Positions 57,235 through 64,000 of a stretch of 64,000 nucleotides of DNA are shown one piece after another (the first letter of the stretch is position 1; every line of letters starts with the position of its first letter). The position numbers and the translations under genes were made by a program. The notes below the pieces were generated by a model. The model saw only the letters and a program-made list of their open reading frames with translations, made no database searches and was not told the DNA's origin. Source of the stretch: Octopus vulgaris (taxonomy: Eukaryota); the NCBI GenBank assembly GCA_951406725.2, contig OX597825.1:16926001-16990000 (forward strand). The letters are read 5' to 3'.

Positions 57235-59279
57235 CTCTGATGTGAGATATTAAGGTGGTAGGGGGTAAGATATTACTAATAAGAAATACAATTAATTCAG
57301 ATATTGGAATGTATCATAGGAAGAAAATATGATTATATTATTAGTGAAAGTTCAATATGATTATCTTAGATTATATTCGGGCAATGCGATATTATTTTAT
57401 GGAGCTGTACTGGCAGATCGCCAACACTATCTGCAAACTAAGTTGTTTGCTCTTTCTTTGCAGGTCGATCCGAACAGTAAGCGGCACAAGTCGATAGATA
57501 CAACGCTGATATGTATAACTGCAGTCTTGATTATGCTCGCAGTCTAGTAATATCTGATTTAGTTGAATGAGCTTTACACTCTCCTTTGACAGCTTGGCAT
57601 ATAACTAGGTCTCCATCATTCTAACGAATGCGTCGAATTATTCTTCTGCATTATGCGCCATTTTATTTTGATTATACTTTATTGCAGTGAAGTTCGAAAA
57701 TGAACTGATGCACTGTTTAAGCTGCAACTAAACATACTCACACACTAAACATGCTAAACATACACAGAGACATATACACAAGCATGGAAGCGCGTACACA
57801 AACGGACAAACATACATGCGTAGGCCTAACAAACTCGCTTACTTGCAAATAGACAAGACACATATGGATACATCTATACTCACAGACTTTCAAATACACT
57901 GGCTACGATAAATATCTGTCTTTCTCGCTCTCACTCTTTATACGCACATGTATATACATACAGTCATTGACACTTGTATATATGTATTTGTGTCTGTGCG
58001 TATGGATGTACATACATACATTCATACATGTGTTTGTACAAGTGATATTGTGTTAGCTTCGGGATTTTCCAATATATTTTGTATGGACTTTTGATGACGC
58101 ATGTGTGTATGCATGTGTTTATGTGCTTATGTGTATGTATGTACTTATGTGTATATAGTGTATATGTGTGATAGCGAGTGTTTTAGTTAGCATGTTTCAA
58201 AAACTGCCTTGTGTCAATGTAGTGTAACAGTTCGATAGATATTTACTAAACACAATGTGATCGAGTAAAGATGTGATATCTCACAGGTGCCGCAGTACAA
58301 AGTTAGAAATCTTTAAAATTTTTGTTTCTAACATAAGGAGACGGCAAGATAATTTTTCGAGGCGAGTTTAGTCGATTCTATAACATCCAGGACTTGTCGA
58401 AAAATGTATCCGTCAATGGAAAGTAAAGTTTTTCTATTTGTCTCTTGAGGATTTAAATTCAGGTCATTAAAGACTTAAATTCGGATCATGTTTTGTAGAA
58501 CAGGGTATCAGTCCTCTTCGGTCGAAGCAGGTGCGATGTATAAAGAATAAAAATATTAACTAATTCTGTTTTTGCAGATTCCACACCCAAGAATATAGAT
58601 TTTCAATAGGCGCCTACTTGTGCGGGACCAGTTATGACTTCATAATTTCTGAATACAAAAGTACGACTGAAATACTCGAGTCGAATGAATGATCTATAAT
58701 GTTCTCCTTATGCTTTTATTCAAAATCTGTTAGCAGATACATCTACGTAGGTAGTGGCGCAATAGATTTGTTTCAGCGTCTGACAAAATGGTTTGTGGAT
58801 TTTTTTGAGTAAGTTAATGTTGTGTGTCCTTTCATCACTTTGATCAAATTTGTTTTCCAGTGTTCCGAGAAGGATAAAATTATATACCAATTGAATACTG
58901 AGGTTACTATAACCAAATGTCGTCTCCCTGCCATACACGCACACACGCGCATACACATACACACCACACACACACATGTATGTATATAAAATATATACAT
59001 ATATATACATATATTTATATGTCATATATGTATTATTTATCACACTGTATTATATATATATATATATATATACATACACACAAATACACATACACACACA
59101 CACACACACACCCCACATATATATATACATATATATGCAAGAAGAAAATGGATGAAAAATAACAGAAAGAAGTTGGTCCTTTGCACTAGTAAGCCATTAA
59201 TTTAATTAATTAATAAAGAAAAGTGGTACCTCTCACACACTCTTTCAAACTCTTACCACCAATCTCCTAAGTGTGAGGT

Positions 59280-60087
59280 GATGAGACGTTCGAGGGATGG
59301 AATGGCTGGGAGGATGGATGTGAATATAAATGGTGAGATGTTAGAGGAGGTGAGTGTTTTTTAGTATCTGAGGGTGTTGGTTGAAGAAGTGTGATATAGA
59401 GTGACGGAGGGTAGTAAGACACCTGGAGTTGTGAAAGGTATGCTGAGAGATAAAATGTTGAGTATGAAAGCGAAAAGAAGTATGCATTAGGGCATGATTG
59501 TGCCGACAATGTTATATAGTGCAGAGACGTGGGGGCTCAGAGAAGTGGAAAGGAGGCGACTAGATGTGTTTGAGATGAGATGTTTGAGGGCTATGGTTGG
59601 TGTGACACAGATGGACAGCATGGAGAATGAGGTGCGAAGGCGAGCGGGAATGACAGAAAAACTAACAATCAAACTCGATAGACGAATGTGGAGGTGGTTT
59701 GATCACATGGAGAAGATGGATGAGGAGCGGCGGATGAAGAGTGTGGCGAAGGCAGAAATGGTAAGCAGCAGAACTAGAAGCAGACCTCGGTTTGTTGGGA
59801 TGGAAGGAGTGAGAAAAGAGTTTATAAATGATAGGAAAGCTTGAAGAGTGTTTGTGGATGGATGAGTGAATTTGATGTTCCTCAAAGGGGTACGGAACCA
59901 GCATGATGCAGCAGTGGTAAACCAGCATATGTTGTCGGGCGCCGCCACTGATATTATGGGTTGCGTTCTATGCCTTAACCCGAGAATACAACGGGGCTCA
60001 TCTCTTTGAGCTTGGAAATGAATGGAATGCCTGGTGTATAATTTGTCGTGGCTACCCACTCCTAAAAAGTAGGGAATAGGCCTGAGT
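59280..60087 (+). mobile_element. RTE-clade LINE 3' end (ORF C-terminus plus UTR)
   Basis: IVPTMLYSAETW..RRRLDVFEMRCLRAMVGVT..RWFDHMEKMDEER..RSRPR. Confidence 0.9.
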
Positions 60088-60427
60088 ATATATATATATA
60101 AAATATATGTACGTATATATAATGGGAAAGAGAGAGATATAGAGAGAAAGAGAGAAATAAAGAGAGAGAGAAGAAGTTGAATATAAACTTGGATTCCTTG
60201 GGATATTTTATTTTGAAAGACTTATCTGATTTCACAGATTTGTCTGATTTGCAGAAGTTGAGATAGAAAGACGTACGACTATGTTGTAACTGCTTTGCTT
60301 CATGTGGAGTTCCAGAATTCTATTGTTCTTATAGAGAGAACATGACTCAAATTAGTATTTGTTTTGGATACGATTTGATTGGCAGTGGATGATCATGTAA
60401 TTAAGCATAACATTTTTAGTAAGTTCC

Positions 60428-60712
60428 GCGCTACGTCAGTTCGTTAATATCATGTGACAATATGTTTGGCACTGTAAGTTAAGAGTGACACTGTTGAGTA
60501 AACGTGACTCGTGGCAGTCCGAAGAAATCGCAGCTGTATGAATTTAATGTGTTAAGCGTGGTTGAGGCTGATCACATGATTAGGCTCAGAAATTTACCCG
60601 CTACGCCTGTGCGTTAATATCATGTGACAGCGTTAAATTAAAGCCGACATTGCGGAGCGAACGTGTCTAGTGACAGTTCCAAACAAACAATGCTCTGTAA
60701 ATGGAATGTGTC
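60428..60712 (+). repeat. Diverged ~170-bp tandem duplication
   Basis: CGTTAATATCATGTGACA exact at 60442 and 60612; downstream AACGTG.CT.GTG.CAGT also repeated. Confidence 0.75.
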
Positions 60713-61762
60713 AGGGGGAAGGAGATGTGTAAATGTAGTTCGGTAGCTGGATGGTTATCGTTTGTATGTACGTAAGGTATAAAATTTTGTTCCCCCACTA
60801 AATTCCTGCATTGTTGTTATGCGGGGAAAAACTCACGATTGAGTCCAAAGACTGAATGGAAAAATTTAATGATTGGTCGAATGGAATAAATATGCTAGTT
60901 AGAAAATCTCCATGAGAGATGAAAGTGGTAAAGATACTTAGAACTAATGTTTCTTACCACTTTATCATGGCTGTTTCGTAGGAACCGACGTTACTACCAT
61001 TTTTAACACCAGGGCTTTGCAGTTGTATATATACGGCTTTCATAGTACAAACCCACACAAATACACACTCACAAAGATACACACATAAACCCGTAAACGA
61101 CATGCACATATATATACACGAATCCCAGTCACATATCTACAGATAGGTATAAATATGATTATATCTTCAACTATATATGTTTGTATGTGGTGGGGTGATA
61201 TATAAATAGCATCGGCACTATGCACTGTATATTTACAGCTATTTTTTACAGCGAGAAGTTTCATCATTGACAAAATATGATCAATGGGTTTCTTGCCGGT
61301 TCGAATATACCTTCAGCATATTTGAACGGGTAACAAGTTTGTATATATACACATCACCGATTAGCGCTCTCATCGAACGATGACAGAAACATCATACTAG
61401 ACATCTGTCTCTCGTATCAGTTTACTACGTCAGGTTTTCTGGTGTCTGTTGCTGAAGAGGAGATAACCACAACGAAATGCATGTGCCCAACTGTTTGGTT
61501 ACAAAGAACTGTGAACTGATTCAGTGTAATTGTCTACAGCGAGAAATTTTCTCTATGACAATGTACAATGACCGAACTGATTGGAATATGCCTCAAACAT
61601 ATTTGAACCTGTTACAAGTTTGTGTTTTTATGCATCACTGCTAAGTGCTGCCATCTTGTATGTATGTATGTATACCTAAACAAATGTGCAATAGACTATG
61701 CTGCCTAAATGTAGACAGCAGTAAGAAACTTCGTTGCCGTTTTCTTCCTCCGCTTCCTTCAT

Positions 61763-61763
<1 letters not shown>

Positions 61764-61836
<73 letters not shown>

Positions 61837-61908
61837 ACTACTACTACTACTACTACTACTATTGCCGCAGCCGCCACCACCACAACCAAATCCACCACCA
61901 CCACCACC

Positions 61909-61943
<35 letters not shown>

Positions 61944-61945
61944 CA
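61764..61945 (+). repeat. (CTA)n(CTG)n(CCA)n compound microsatellite
   Basis: Direct inspection. Confidence 0.95.
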
Positions 61946-62502
61946 TATTTTAAGAGGGACTCATTATTATATGCAGTTTATTAATTTTATTAATTTTCTT
62001 GCTCTTATGGTAGGTAGCTTACTTAATCGGTACTATTCTTGGTATTCAATTACGGCTTAGAAGATAAACATCGTGCCATGAATATATTTAAAAATCACTT
62101 ATGTCGACGGGAAAAAAAGAAAAAAAAAACCTTTTCTCACTTATACGTTAAGTATAGATGGAATTATCAACTGACAGTGCTAGGGCTGAAATCGATATTA
62201 CAAATTAAGGAGAGACAAATTTTTAGGTGTGACAATAATAAAAATTGGCTGCGCTATAGGGTGTGATAACGCTTGTGTCTATAACTGCGATGGAACGGCA
62301 ATATAAGTGTCTACATTATACGGTTACAAACTAAAAATGCTTCAGAATTGAAATAAATGTCATACTGTATTTAAATATATCTCTTTAATTCACGTAGGAT
62401 ACTAGATTAAAATTATATTACCACTGACATCGTTTTCCTACTACCTGGTTACCTAGCATCGACAAAAGTGTATTAGTAAGACATAGATATAGCTTAACCG
62501 GG

Positions 62503-62540
<38 letters not shown>

Positions 62541-62643
62541 GATAGATATATACACACAGGAGAGTATTGTAGTTCGCTGGAAGCATTGTATATTGTTTGG
62601 GAAATATAACGTGTCTTGAATGGTACAACTCTACACTGTTGTG

Positions 62644-62722
<79 letters not shown>

Positions 62723-63048
62723 TAAGTCAACTATTGTTAGCGGTGAGGAGCTAACGATATATATTGTATATAATGGGTGCAGAGTTGCACCGATAACCAG
62801 CTGGCGGAGATTCTGCCTGGGGTTAAACTTGTAGTAACATGTTACAGCCACTTTGATGCTGAAATGTATTGAAAGATATAGTAATAATTTATTCTCAAAC
62901 ACAGAAGAATTCGTTACTGAGAAGCTTAGCTTAATCACAGGGATGTGCATTCGAGTCTCATGGCTAGCCTGTAACGATTTTTCTGCAATATATAGTTAGT
63001 TTATCCTGTTCATTCTATTGTATTAGCACTATCATGCGTTTGAGAATA

Positions 63049-63106
<58 letters not shown>

Positions 63107-63371
63107 CATTCATAAATTTCCGTTACTATTTGAAACGTTCAGGAAATACTGAAAAATACGAATAATACCATAGAGTTTATTGGTAAATAGAAACAAAACC
63201 AATAAAATTTTATGATAAACATCAGTAGAGTTCTGCATGGGCTGGATTGGTTCATTGATGGATCTGAACGGTATTGGATACAATAAATTGTGGAACTTGT
63301 AAAGATATTTTATGTCCACACTCTATACTCTCTCTCTCTCTCGCTCGCTTGCACATACATACATACATACA

Positions 63372-63458
<87 letters not shown>

Positions 63459-63925
63459 GTAGATATATGTCTGTGTGTGTGTGTTTCCCTGCTCATGGAA
63501 ATTGTGCTTGTATACTTAGGATTTTCAAATGAAAGTTTAGATATTAATGCTTTAGATATTATTTAGTAGAAAGCGATACTGGTTTTACTAGAAACAATAT
63601 GCTCGCGGTTATTACAATATCCTTTGTGATTTACTTTGCTTATTCTTACTCAAATATTATAGTTCAACATCTAAAATATATCGTGTATCAATAAAGTTAT
63701 TGTGTATAACGCTTTCTCTAGATTGAAGCTTACTCTACGGTAAAATGCATGAGTCATGGAAAAATTACTGATTGAGGTTTAGGGAGAAGATGGAAGATTT
63801 AATCCACTGAGAACTACTGAGAGAAAGAAATATGGACTTTAAATGCAATGAATCATCTGAGTATAAAGCAATTTTTGTCAGGAAAATTGGAAATTTAACC
63901 TAAGAGAAACACAAATAAGAAATGT

Positions 63926-64000
63926 ATACTCTTTTCTCTTTTTACTCTTTTACTTGTTTCAGTCATTTGACTGCGGCCATGCTGGAACACCGCCTTTTTT
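63926..64000 (-). mobile_element. SINE family A 3' end (runs off window)
   Basis: TACTCTTTTACTTGTTTCAGTCATTTGACTGCGGCCATGCTGG. Confidence 0.85.

Overview
AT-rich, microsatellite-dense eukaryotic intergenic or intronic DNA. The SINE repertoire and repeat style point to a cephalopod, probably Octopus (inference). I cannot support any intact host gene: nearly all listed ORFs are microsatellite artefacts or transposon remnants. The window holds about 30 copies or fragments of three tRNA-headed SINE families and three non-autonomous Helitrons. It also holds fossils of Chapaev, Tc1/mariner (two types), pogo-like, probable EnSpm/hAT/Academ, RTE, R4/Dong-type and Penelope-like (GIY-YIG) elements. The main non-obvious signal is a dense set of about 10 hammerhead-ribozyme (HHR) motifs in several unrelated short elements, most sitting in or beside microsatellites. 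Two stand out. (i) A 565-bp head-to-tail repeat has two canonical-core HHRs, a retrozyme/pLTR-like unit that could release a circular RNA (41878-42720). (ii) A ~490-bp non-coding element has DIRS-like architecture (inverted arms plus an internal copy of the circle junction) and carries a full type I HHR (49821-50306). All structures were read by eye; no folding or database search was run.
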